Under the pieces are notes generated by a model, which did no database searches, was not told where the DNA came from, and saw only the letters and a program-made list of their open reading frames with translations. Shown here in pieces: positions 53,300 to 62,646 of a stretch of DNA of 64,000 nucleotides (positions within the stretch are counted from its first letter, which is position 1; every line of letters starts with the position of its first letter). Source of the DNA: a virus; IMG/VR virus record IMGVR_UViG_3300022213_000237, positions 64,001 to 128,000 of that record; one strand, 5' to 3'. The position numbers were made by a program, and so were the translations under genes.

Positions 53300-54445
53300 T
53301 TATTTAGTGACCGAAAAACCAAAACTCTTGATAAACTCGTCGTCACTAAGAGTCTCTGCCGCCGGGGCACTAGCCGTCTTGGAAGTTTCGACGGGTGCGG
53401 ACATACTAGGTGGCACGAAATCGCTGGTCTTAATCCGCTCTGGAGTATTAGCCTTCTTTGCGGCCTCAAGTTCAGCTTTCATCCTGTCCATTTCTGCCTT
53501 CATGGCTGCCATTGGATCTACTACAGCGGGTGTAGTCGGAGCAGGCTGTGTCGAGACAACGACATTGGTGCTTTTGGCTGTGGCGCCCGGTTCCGGTTCA
53601 TCAGCATCAGGCATTGCGGCATTGCTGATTTCGCCAGTAGAGAAAACGGCATCCACTACTTCGGGGTCGCCACCGCTGGTAACGAGGCGGTTGATTTCTT
53701 CGTACGTCAGGGTACGTCCAAGCTGCGACAAATTATGAGCTTCGGAGCCTAGGCGCTGAAGAACTTCTTGGGTCAATGGCGCCGGCTTAATTAGCTGGGT
53801 GTTGACCTTACGACCTCCAACATCCGCAACAACAGTCTCGGTTACTACCGTAACCGTATGCAGCGTCTGGTTGCCTTTGCCTGAACGATTAAAGTTAAAC
53901 CAGACTCCGCCTTCAACACCGATGGGGTCTACGGGAACGCCGCCATTCGACTTACCACTAACCAAGTCATTGATGACAAGCTGTAAAGCCGCGTAAGCCT
54001 TGTGTGGCAGGACCAGGCGCGTAATTTTGCCATCTGCGGTCAGGGCGTTAACATTCCACTTTTTGTCCAAATTATGAGAAAAAAGCCAGTCGGAAAGTGG
54101 TTGTACCGCCTCCTCGATTTCTTTGTCTGACTTACCCTCTTTCTTAAGAGCTTCTTTTCGAGCTTCTTTGCTCGCAGTGTATTGTGCGATTTGGTCGCAC
54201 TCAGGACACTGAACCTTAATCATCTTCGTCTTGTAGTCTTTCTTTTGGATACAACGAAACGGGCGCATGCCCTTAGTTCCCTTGAATCCCCAATGCAGAC
54301 ACTCATAAACGGCCCAAATCCCTTCCTGCGCTAAATCGAACATCGGAGGAAGGATTCGATAAATATTGTCGCCATCTACAAGACGTGAATTGTTCTTCTT
54401 CTTGGCGCCGTATTGCGGAGCCCCAATTGCTACATTCGTACTCAT
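53300..54445 (-). CDS. gp32-like single-stranded DNA-binding protein
   Basis: DGDNIYRILPP, Zn ligands H..C..CPECD, flexible linker and acidic/aromatic tail LSDDEFIKSF. Confidence 0.75.
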   Translation of the reverse strand: MSTNVAIGAPQYGAKKKNNSRLVDGDNIYRILPPMFDLAQEGIWAVYECLHWGFKGTKGMRPFRCIQKKDYKTKMIKVQCPECDQIAQYTASKEARKEALKKEGKSDKEIEEAVQPLSDWLFSHNLDKKWNVNALTADGKITRLVLPHKAYAALQLVINDLVSGKSNGGVPVDPIGVEGGVWFNFNRSGKGNQTLHTVTVVTETVVADVGGRKVNTQLIKPAPLTQEVLQRLGSEAHNLSQLGRTLTYEEINRLVTSGGDPEVVDAVFSTGEISNAAMPDADEPEPGATAKSTNVVVSTQPAPTTPAVVDPMAAMKAEMDRMKAELEAAKKANTPERIKTSDFVPPSMSAPVETSKTASAPAAETLSDDEFIKSFGFSVTK

Positions 54446-54477
54446 ATTGTCTTACCTTTTGCTGGTGAGTTTGCTCG

Positions 54478-55257
54478 TTACTTCTTGTTATATACTTTAA
54501 GGATCTTTTCGTTTAGTTCTTGAATTAGATCTTCGTCAGTGCTCTGTTCAGTTGCTTCCAATGAAATCGTTGGCGTTGATCTGCCAAAGAGTTTCACCGA
54601 TAAAGATTGCTGCTCATCTGCCGTCAAACCGGTCAAAATACATGGCATTGCGGTAGTAGCGGCCTTGACCTCAAGGGCTTTGGTAAGGATCCGATTCGTG
54701 AGGTCGAAAGCAAGAAGGTCGTCTCCGTTGCTGTTACGAACCGCCTTCTGAACGATATTTTCCACCTCAGCATCGCTTCGGAGCGTCAAATCCATATCCA
54801 TGGAATCTAGTTTGGGCATTTGCAACGTGTGGATCCCGTGCCCTTGCATATATCGCTGCATAACCTGAGTCAGTAGAATCAGCTGCGCCGACATAAACTG
54901 AGGATTCTTTTCATCTAAAGAGGGCCTAACCTGGGCCGCGAATTCCTTGTAAAGAGAGTGACCGTCCACCACCACTGCCCCTTCTTTTCCGGCTCTAACG
55001 GCAAAACTTTCGGCACGAGGTCCGGTCAAAAACACTTTAATGACTGAATTGCTAATCAGTGTCCGATAAGCTTCGGTCAGACTTTTTACCTGATCTTCGG
55101 CTTCCCGCTGGCGAATAACAGCACCGGCACGAGTTGACGCATCCCAGCCATCAAGTGGGGAGTTAAGAACCTTAGTAAAGGCTTCAATATCGTTGAGAAT
55201 GGCTTGAAGTCGTTCTTTTGCTACTTTTGCTTGTTTTTGTTGGTCTGTGAGTTCCAT
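54478..55257 (-). CDS. Hypothetical phage protein
   Basis: AGGAG RBS before MELTDQQK. Confidence 0.7.
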   Translation of the reverse strand: MELTDQQKQAKVAKERLQAILNDIEAFTKVLNSPLDGWDASTRAGAVIRQREAEDQVKSLTEAYRTLISNSVIKVFLTGPRAESFAVRAGKEGAVVVDGHSLYKEFAAQVRPSLDEKNPQFMSAQLILLTQVMQRYMQGHGIHTLQMPKLDSMDMDLTLRSDAEVENIVQKAVRNSNGDDLLAFDLTNRILTKALEVKAATTAMPCILTGLTADEQQSLSVKLFGRSTPTISLEATEQSTDEDLIQELNEKILKVYNKK

Positions 55258-55261
55258 TATA

Positions 55262-57355
55262 TTACTCCTGGGAGGTTTCTTCCGGCTCTTCTGAGAGTGG
55301 GGGTGCAACTACTAATATCGCGTCGATCGCAAAAGGTCTGTTGGATTTGTATCGCGTGAGATGCAGTATCGCGATCGACCCAGCCATATCCTTAGGAGCT
55401 TCGAGATGTCCTGATTCTCGATCCGGCCACTTAACGAATAAGAATTGTTCACCATCTACGTCAAAAATTACTTCTACGGCAGATTTAGTTCCACCCTTGT
55501 AGCTGAATCGTCTTTCGGAAATGATATATCCAGCTACCGTGCAGGCAACATGCTGGCCATCATAAATCTCAAATTCTTCGTTATAGTATCTAAGCTGTGC
55601 GCCATCAACCAGCGGCACGGCTTCAAGTTTACGGTCGCTGCCGATACCCATCTGACGCTTCATGTCCGCAATACTTTCTGCAGTACTGGGCAGATACCAA
55701 TAGTTGCCTTTACCGTCGCTAGTGACACCGTCGATCCGCATATCAACCAAAATAGGCACCACGCTGTTGGTGTAAATTGGCAAAATGTTTTTCTGCATCT
55801 GGAATCTAGTCAACGGATTTAAGTCCACGTACTTTTTATCGACTTTACCTTTTTTAGCTTTCTTTCCTGTAAGGGCCTGAGTTACATTCGCCACTTCTTG
55901 TTCGTAATAATCAAGTTTGTCGTTAACGTGTCTCAATTCTGACGGGAAAAGGCTGTCCATAACGCCAGAAACAATTAGCTTGCCGACTACGCCTCTATTT
56001 AGGGCGCTGAGTCCGGCTTTAACTTTTTGCTTACCTTTGGCGTCAAGCATTGGAGTACCGTCTTCGTTTACTCGCAATGTGGCTCCAGCCATCTTTTTGC
56101 GGACTATTTTTTCAACAAAATCGGTGACGCTTAAATATGGGCGACCAGCGCAAAGTTCGGCATGAGCTGTGGGACCAACGCCGTTAATAAAGCTCAAAGG
56201 CGCTCGGATTCTATCGCCCTGGATTTCAAATTCGTCGCCCGAATACCGCACATCCGGTAAGTCGATCCACTGTTTGCAATAACGCCAAAACTTTTCAGCA
56301 ATTTCCTTCTTGTCGGCGTTTTTTAGCACCGCACACCACCACTCGTTGGGGTAGTAATGTTTTAGATAGGCGCAAGCATAGGCGGTGACGGAATAGCAGA
56401 TTGAGTGACTTTTGTTAAAGCCGTATTGTCCAAAGGTGACTATCTGGTTCCAGACCTTCTCCGAGTCTTCTTTACCGATTTTCTCGGAAGCTTTGGCAAT
56501 AAAGTTTGGATACGCTTCCAATACCTTAGCCATCTTCTTCTTCGCAATGTTAGTGCGAAAGGTATTGGCTTCTATGCCAGTGCAACCAGTCAAATGCTGA
56601 TACAACTTCTGTAATTGTTCTTGGTATACAATTACGCCGTAAGTCTCTGGAAGCAGTGCGTCTAGTGCTTTAATTGGATCGGATGGAGGAAGGCCTTTAG
56701 CTCTGTTGGCGTATTCAACCAACATATTATGTTCTCGGCCAGTAATCGGGTCCTTGACCTTAGCATCCAGAGGACCTGGGCGATCTAGAGCCGTGAAGGC
56801 GCTTATTGCTTCAATCGAGTCAATAGCTTTCACACCCGCCGATTTGTCGTAGTTAAATTGAGTCAACCATTGTTTGGCGGAGTTGGTATTGAGCTGGAAT
56901 ACGGTTTCTGTTTTACCTTCGGCAATGTCGTTGAATACGGCTTGGTCTTCGGGAAGGTCCCAAATATCCATTGGCACACCAGTCGTGGGATTGGGTACGA
57001 TACGAAATCCTGGAACTCGGCGACCATTAAGTTTGATATCGGATTCAAAGTCTCGGTCTGGGTATTTTGCTTGAATGAGCTTAATTGCGGCACCGATGTC
57101 CTTCAGGGAATTGAGCCCGAGGAAATCCATTTTCAAACCACCTACGGCCTCAACACTCCCCGCCGTGTATTGGGTGGTACGAAATCCGCTGATAGTGGTC
57201 GTGGGTATGAAATTACTGATGGGCTCATTTGCGATGACAAAGCCGCAATTATGCATTACAACGCCAGAGGCGTGAACGAAACTATGGTGTTCGTGATTAA
57301 CAGATAAATCATATACCTGTTCTGGTTCTTTTATTCGTGCTGATATTATCTTCAT
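55262..57355 (-). CDS. dnaE: DNA polymerase III alpha, C-terminal fragment with N-terminal split-intein IntC
   Basis: MKIISARI..VYDLSV..GVVMHN|CGFVIA; GGLKMDFLGL, TALDRPGPL, TYGVIVYQEQ, YGFNKSHS. Confidence 0.95.
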   Translation of the reverse strand: MKIISARIKEPEQVYDLSVNHEHHSFVHASGVVMHNCGFVIANEPISNFIPTTTISGFRTTQYTAGSVEAVGGLKMDFLGLNSLKDIGAAIKLIQAKYPDRDFESDIKLNGRRVPGFRIVPNPTTGVPMDIWDLPEDQAVFNDIAEGKTETVFQLNTNSAKQWLTQFNYDKSAGVKAIDSIEAISAFTALDRPGPLDAKVKDPITGREHNMLVEYANRAKGLPPSDPIKALDALLPETYGVIVYQEQLQKLYQHLTGCTGIEANTFRTNIAKKKMAKVLEAYPNFIAKASEKIGKEDSEKVWNQIVTFGQYGFNKSHSICYSVTAYACAYLKHYYPNEWWCAVLKNADKKEIAEKFWRYCKQWIDLPDVRYSGDEFEIQGDRIRAPLSFINGVGPTAHAELCAGRPYLSVTDFVEKIVRKKMAGATLRVNEDGTPMLDAKGKQKVKAGLSALNRGVVGKLIVSGVMDSLFPSELRHVNDKLDYYEQEVANVTQALTGKKAKKGKVDKKYVDLNPLTRFQMQKNILPIYTNSVVPILVDMRIDGVTSDGKGNYWYLPSTAESIADMKRQMGIGSDRKLEAVPLVDGAQLRYYNEEFEIYDGQHVACTVAGYIISERRFSYKGGTKSAVEVIFDVDGEQFLFVKWPDRESGHLEAPKDMAGSIAILHLTRYKSNRPFAIDAILVVAPPLSEEPEETSQE
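57248..57355 (-). mobile_element. Split intein C-fragment (36 aa)
   Basis: Block F VYDLSV and block G HN followed by +1 Cys. Confidence 0.92.
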
Positions 57356-58236
57356 GGATCTATCTTACTAAGTAGCTTTCCGATCTCCAACATCACTTCG
57401 TACGATACATATCTTCCACGCATCCAATTACAGCGTAAACAAGACGGTACACAGTTTTTCTTAATGTGACCTATGTCATTGTTTTTACGATCCAGACCGG
57501 TAGCAGGTCTTCCGCAATAACAACAAGGAGAACTGCGAGCCTCTAACACGTCATCCACGGTAAGATCAAAATCCCTTCTTTTGTCTTTATCTCTTCTAAC
57601 GTAAGAGTGAAGAAGTTTTTTAGCTGCCCGAAGAGTGTTTTGAATTGGGGAGTCTTTAAATCTAGTAGACTTTACACATTCTTTACACCAATAATTCTGT
57701 AGACGTATCACTGACCAACGCTGTTTCCAGCGATGGCCTACAGCGCATTCCCAAGTCGAATGGCATGAAGCTTTGTCGGACCATTCAATCAACTTACCTC
57801 CCTTGAGCTTAACGTATTCGATTGCCTCCTTTTTTAGTGGGCGTTGGCGACGAGAACAAATCCTACATGGATTACGCGGCGGTTCAACCGAACGATAACT
57901 TCCTAATATTGTACTTCCACATTGGATATGGGTAAGTTTCAGGTTAGGTTCTGAAACCCCCTTGTAGTCTCCAGGATTTTCTACTCGATACCCCCATGAA
58001 AACAACTGAGATTCTATGAATTCTTTACTGTGCTTGGTTCTACCAGATCCACGCCTAGCTCGAATGCCTTTTGAATTCCCATCCACCCCTCTACGGTAAG
58101 TATTTGGTGGTCTGGAGTACAACATAGCTTTGCTCCATTTTCTAATGTGTATTCCGTTATCGTTCGAACCCCCTGATTTATTAAAAGGGCCGTGGCGTTG
58201 GCGCCTTGTCCTGTATTTATTATTTGTTCGTTGCAT
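57352..58236 (-). CDS. Free-standing HNH homing endonuclease (start uncertain)
   Basis: Zn-ribbon repeats (HIQCG..PCRIC; CAVGHRW..WCKEC); CCYCG..GLDRKNNDIGHIKKNCVPSCLRCNWMR. Confidence 0.85.
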   Translation of the reverse strand: MQRTNNKYRTRRQRHGPFNKSGGSNDNGIHIRKWSKAMLYSRPPNTYRRGVDGNSKGIRARRGSGRTKHSKEFIESQLFSWGYRVENPGDYKGVSEPNLKLTHIQCGSTILGSYRSVEPPRNPCRICSRRQRPLKKEAIEYVKLKGGKLIEWSDKASCHSTWECAVGHRWKQRWSVIRLQNYWCKECVKSTRFKDSPIQNTLRAAKKLLHSYVRRDKDKRRDFDLTVDDVLEARSSPCCYCGRPATGLDRKNNDIGHIKKNCVPSCLRCNWMRGRYVSYEVMLEIGKLLSKIDP

Positions 58237-58295
58237 TCGACAATATCCTTTATTTGTCCGTCAGAAAGTAAGATTGCCTCCCGCGCCGGAAGACA
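58014..58295 (-). mobile_element. Split intein N-fragment (93 aa)
   Basis: Block A CLPAREAILLSDG, block B LCCTPDHQILTVEGW, then stop. Confidence 0.92.
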
Positions 58296-60188
58296 GGCGT
58301 GGCGGCTTTTTTGTCGTGCGATACCCAACATTTTCTTAACGATTTCCCATTCTTGTGGGTATCTCTGAATATACTCCTTAAGCTCCTGAGATTCGTCAAT
58401 CAAACCTCTTATTTCTTTTCCGTCGTCACCCGTGTACCCAAACACAAAATCGGCATCATCAACACCCTGAGGCGGCATCGGAAGCTTTTTGCATAAGACT
58501 TCAATCTCAGCATCTACGTGGCCATGTAGTGAACGATGAACATCTTTGATAGATGACTTGAGACGTAGCATCGTATTCGTTGAAATTGCGGCCACGCAAT
58601 CGGCAAAGCGATTAAACAACCACCCGCGCTCGGGGTCGATAAGGGGGTCTCTATCCGGAAAATCCATGTCAATGTCCGGCAGCTTCCCGTCCTCGATACG
58701 GTCCTTCGTCAGAAAGCGGTCTTCTGAGAGGTCGTACTTGAGTGGGTCGACGTGAGTGACACCAAGATAGTAAACTGCGGATAGGCCGCCTGCGGAGCCA
58801 CGACCCGCACCGCTAAGTAATCGTTGTTGTTCGTAAAAGGAACAAACTTCTTCGGCAATAAACAAGTAAGGCAGGAGATCTATTTTGCCGTTGTGATGTA
58901 ACAGTTCTACTTCTTTCTTTAAACGGGATACGCGTGTCGGATTACCCCAATCCATGCGCCCGTGTTTGTCGAGCAGGATCTTAAAATACTTAAGAGTATT
59001 TGATGGATAGAATGACGCAGGTAAGGATTTGCGATCTGTGAATTTGAAGTCCTTGAAACGCTGACTCCATTCAATATTTGAGTCTACCATGGATTCGAAG
59101 TCGCTCTCCGACATCCCCATCACACCTTTAAAGTAAGACCATGCTTCAGCAGAATCGAACCTGTGATACGAATTTGCGAATTTCCACGAACCACCAGAGC
59201 TTCCGAGACGGGAATCCTGGACAATCTTTTCATCTTTGGTGGCGAAATGCGCATCGTCGGAAAGCAATATTTTATCGCCACGAGTTCTAGCGAGATGCAA
59301 CATGAATCGATTGGCGGCCAACTGAACATCGCCATCAGGACACCAAGGCTGGCATTCATTCTTTAGAAAGTCCTCAACGAGCTTGCACTCGACAATGACT
59401 TTGGGTTCGCGTTCCTCCCATTTACGGTTATTCATTACCGCAACCAACAAGCCAACATCCTTACCCCGTGAAACAGCTTTGGCTAAGTCTTCGGCACTGA
59501 CGCCATCCGAGAATTTAGTGGTCTTAAGCTTTTTCTCTTTCCAGAACTTAAATTTCTCTCCGCCTTCAATAGTAACAAAGACACCATTGACCCAGTATTT
59601 GTCACAAACATGCGGAAATACTTCAACGTAGAACTTGTTTCCAAACATCGACTTGAGACGTTCGTAGTATTTAATGGCAATGTCTGGGCGATCCGAAAGC
59701 AGGTGGCGTTGCACCATGCCGATTAGACATCCGGAAGTAGCGGTAATGTTGTATTGTGAGAGTCTTTCTAGATTTTCCCAAGAGAACAACGGCTTCCTTT
59801 CGGAGCCGTGCTGCTCTGCGCGAGCATCAGCTAAAGAAAGTTCTTTGACTAACGCCTCGTATCCCTTTTGGTCTTGGGCGTGAAGCGTAATGTGGTAGTA
59901 TTTGTTGTAGGAGGCGAAAGTTCCTTTAGCGTCCTTTTCGATACCTGCTGCCTTGAGAATCGGGCAATCATCATCTCTAAAATAGCCCTCGACACCCAAA
60001 ATAGGAATAATGTTGTTCTTTTTGGCAAGGTCGTACACTTCACGACATGCGCCCATAGAACCGTGATCAGTACACGTTGTCACTCCCGTACCAAGCTGTA
60101 TTTCTCTTTCTACAAACGCTTCTGGGGTGGAAGCCGTATCTAATGATTGTTGGTGACAGTGAGGAGTTGGAAAATTCTTAAAAGCCAT
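58014..60188 (-). CDS. dnaE: DNA polymerase III alpha, N-terminal fragment (PHP + palm) with C-terminal IntN
   Basis: HCH..TDHGSM..GVEGY (PHP), GAGRGSAGG, PDIDMDF, RQKSRHA|C. Confidence 0.95.
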   Translation of the reverse strand: MAFKNFPTPHCHQQSLDTASTPEAFVEREIQLGTGVTTCTDHGSMGACREVYDLAKKNNIIPILGVEGYFRDDDCPILKAAGIEKDAKGTFASYNKYYHITLHAQDQKGYEALVKELSLADARAEQHGSERKPLFSWENLERLSQYNITATSGCLIGMVQRHLLSDRPDIAIKYYERLKSMFGNKFYVEVFPHVCDKYWVNGVFVTIEGGEKFKFWKEKKLKTTKFSDGVSAEDLAKAVSRGKDVGLLVAVMNNRKWEEREPKVIVECKLVEDFLKNECQPWCPDGDVQLAANRFMLHLARTRGDKILLSDDAHFATKDEKIVQDSRLGSSGGSWKFANSYHRFDSAEAWSYFKGVMGMSESDFESMVDSNIEWSQRFKDFKFTDRKSLPASFYPSNTLKYFKILLDKHGRMDWGNPTRVSRLKKEVELLHHNGKIDLLPYLFIAEEVCSFYEQQRLLSGAGRGSAGGLSAVYYLGVTHVDPLKYDLSEDRFLTKDRIEDGKLPDIDMDFPDRDPLIDPERGWLFNRFADCVAAISTNTMLRLKSSIKDVHRSLHGHVDAEIEVLCKKLPMPPQGVDDADFVFGYTGDDGKEIRGLIDESQELKEYIQRYPQEWEIVKKMLGIARQKSRHACLPAREAILLSDGQIKDIVECNEQIINTGQGANATALLINQGVRTITEYTLENGAKLCCTPDHQILTVEGWMGIQKAFELGVDLVEPSTVKNS

Positions 60189-60197
60189 TACCCCTGA

Positions 60198-60419
60198 CTA
60201 TATCGAGGGATCTGCTAACTTAGCTCTCAACCTCATGACGATATCGTTATAGATCCGATGAACGTCTTCAGCGGTAATCATAAGAGCCTGGGCGACGGTT
60301 CGGTCGGGTGCGCCCTCAGGAAAGCGCTCAATCACTCTAGTCAGACTGTAGTCCAATCTCTTGAGGTAAACAAACTCTGGGTCATTGTTGATACGAAACA
60401 AAGCTTCTTCAGTCGTCAT
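60198..60419 (-). CDS. Small HTH protein, sigma-70 region-4-like
   Basis: PDRTVAQALMITAEDVHRIYNDIVMRLRAKL. Confidence 0.5.
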   Translation of the reverse strand: MTTEEALFRINNDPEFVYLKRLDYSLTRVIERFPEGAPDRTVAQALMITAEDVHRIYNDIVMRLRAKLADPSI

Positions 60420-60777
60420 GTGGGAACCTGATGATACGGCCCAAATTAACTTGGGCGGCTTGGACTCTAACGCTCTCTAGGTTCTCTTCATGTTCTCGGA
60501 TTTTTTCTTCTATGGCCTTAAGTTTTTCGTCGTCGTTCTTAATTTGTGTCTCGATGTGATGAAGAAATGTTTCCACAGACCTCCATTCCGAAAGCAAACA
60601 AATTTTGGCCGACTTCATACTCTTCAGGTGCTGTCTGTATTTTCTTCTATGCTCTTTAAAATTCTCAATACTTTCTAGAAGCGATGACCGTTCTTTACGT
60701 GCATCCCATATCTTGGTCTTAATTCTTTCGTATTCGCTTTCGCTATCAAGGGCGATAGCCTCGTTATCTCGACTCAC
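60409..60777 (-). CDS. Coiled-coil protein
   Basis: Heptad repeats. Confidence 0.6.
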   Translation of the reverse strand: MSRDNEAIALDSESEYERIKTKIWDARKERSSLLESIENFKEHRRKYRQHLKSMKSAKICLLSEWRSVETFLHHIETQIKNDDEKLKAIEEKIREHEENLESVRVQAAQVNLGRIIRFPHDD

Positions 60778-62061
60778 TTAGAAACCATCAAAAGCCTTGA
60801 TGATTTCATCTAACGATTCATCTTTATCATGAGTGCTATTTACGTTAATAAAGCGGTAGTCTCCGACAACAAAACCAGGAGACGATTCCCACATGCTCTG
60901 TCCACACGCACTCTCAAAGAGGCCGATGGAAATTGAGTATTGGTCGGAGGGAATGAGGGCGCCGTTGGTGATTAAGATGGCGCCGTTACCCATATGAATT
61001 ACCGTGCCTACGTGAACGTGGCCGATAAAAAAGAGCTTGTATTCGTCGGCGTTAGGTAGGCTGGCGTTAATGCGATTGATTTGGGCCTCAAGATTTTTGG
61101 CATTGATGACACTGCCAGGATAGCCTGGATTCAACACCGTGTCTCCGTGGGTACCAAAACACCGCTGTCCAAAAGATTCGTAAGTCACGTATGGTTTTAA
61201 GGTGATGTCGAACTTAACGTTTTTAAGATTCTTAGCAGCGGTCTTAAGCGAGTAATAGATAATAGTAGCAAGGCTGTCTGTTTTTTCGTAAGTGGCACGA
61301 TCTTTATGACGTGAAGTAAAGCGATCGTGATTACCGGGAGCACAATCAACAATCACTTCCGAGAATTCCCCAGAAAAATATTCAATTGCTTGAAGTAGGA
61401 GGTGGATAGCACGAGCCACCTGTGCGGCGAGAATATCTCCATCTCGTAAATCATGAAGCTGGCCCTGGATGATGTCTCCAGCAAGATGAACACGCAATCT
61501 CGTCTCGCTTCTGTGGTCGCGTTTGTAATTACATACGGACTTGACCACATGGGCTAGCCGTCTAGCTTCTTCTACAGTCCCGTATTTAAGTGGACCATAT
61601 TTGGGGTCTAGATCGCTACCAAAATGAAGATCGCTTAGAAGTATGTTCAGCTCCCTCGTTATGCCTCCACGAGCTTTTTTAGGAGGCTTTACCGATAAGG
61701 CCTTCGATTTTGCGGCACCAATTTTATTCGATAACCCCTCAAATCTGTCCCAAAAGGCTTGTTCGCGTGCAGCCGTCTTTGCTTCTTTTCGATTCGTCGA
61801 GGCCGTGTCTCGTACTTGGACAGCACGTACCGGTATCTGTTTTCTGTCAGATAAGTCTCTAGAAAATGCGGCATCACGCAATGCTGTGAAGCCCCCAAGT
61901 TCTTTTATACGAGGAGCATTGTCTGATAACCATTTGTCTTCGTTTGCTTTCATGTACTTCTGAAGCTGGTTATATGCGAGGTCGTATTCTTTTACACCTA
62001 GATGTTCAGAGGCTTCTTTTATGTAGGTAGAAAGCTCTGTCTCAATAGACTCATCTGACAT
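60778..62061 (-). CDS. Calcineurin-like metallophosphoesterase
   Basis: LSDLHFG, AGDII, PGNHDR, THGD, GHVH. Confidence 0.88.
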   Translation of the reverse strand: MSDESIETELSTYIKEASEHLGVKEYDLAYNQLQKYMKANEDKWLSDNAPRIKELGGFTALRDAAFSRDLSDRKQIPVRAVQVRDTASTNRKEAKTAAREQAFWDRFEGLSNKIGAAKSKALSVKPPKKARGGITRELNILLSDLHFGSDLDPKYGPLKYGTVEEARRLAHVVKSVCNYKRDHRSETRLRVHLAGDIIQGQLHDLRDGDILAAQVARAIHLLLQAIEYFSGEFSEVIVDCAPGNHDRFTSRHKDRATYEKTDSLATIIYYSLKTAAKNLKNVKFDITLKPYVTYESFGQRCFGTHGDTVLNPGYPGSVINAKNLEAQINRINASLPNADEYKLFFIGHVHVGTVIHMGNGAILITNGALIPSDQYSISIGLFESACGQSMWESSPGFVVGDYRFINVNSTHDKDESLDEIIKAFDGF

Positions 62062-62072
62062 TATTCAAATCC

Positions 62073-62645
62073 TTACGACTGCGCCACAGGCGCTTGCTCC
62101 GTAGAAGATTCGGGCCCAGATGTAACTTCTGGTGGTTTGGGAGTTACCATCCTGAATGCCTCTTGAACCTCGAAACGACTTCCGTTTAAATCCAAGATAA
62201 AGCCGGTAGCCTTACCGAGCATCTGTTCTTGGGCCTGGGGCGTAAATTGATCAAATCGTACCTGCACATAGCCGGGAGGAATTGGGTTTCCGTCTTTGTC
62301 GAGTTCTCGACCCACAACTATGCAATTGGATTCAAGAGTCGTGAGAGGTTCGAGAATACCTTTGGATTTGAGGTCTTCCAACATTTTCTTTTCCCGCTCA
62401 ACGGCTTCGGCTGTGCGCTTATCTCGAGCAAGCTGAATTTGCTCCTGTACTTTGGCGTCAAAATCAGGCCCGCTAACGGTAATAAGGGCGTTGATTACCT
62501 CAACCATGTTACGCATGGCGCCAGTTACCTGAGCAACCCGCTTGTCAACATCGTTTTCGATATATCCAGCAAGTCCGTTGGCTAGCTTCTCTAAGTCACT
62601 AAGGCGCTCTACAAGAGATTTTGGTTTGTCGTTTTCTGCGGTCAT
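62073..62645 (-). CDS. Hypothetical phage protein
   Basis: AGGA RBS; 190 aa. Confidence 0.7.
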   Translation of the reverse strand: MTAENDKPKSLVERLSDLEKLANGLAGYIENDVDKRVAQVTGAMRNMVEVINALITVSGPDFDAKVQEQIQLARDKRTAEAVEREKKMLEDLKSKGILEPLTTLESNCIVVGRELDKDGNPIPPGYVQVRFDQFTPQAQEQMLGKATGFILDLNGSRFEVQEAFRMVTPKPPEVTSGPESSTEQAPVAQS

Positions 62646-62646
62646 T

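Noticed and set aside
59340-59620. Extra ~85 aa in the DnaE PHP domain starting near a Cys (possible mini-intein)
   Set aside because: No block B TxxH and no terminal HN-C/S/T; treated as an ordinary insertion
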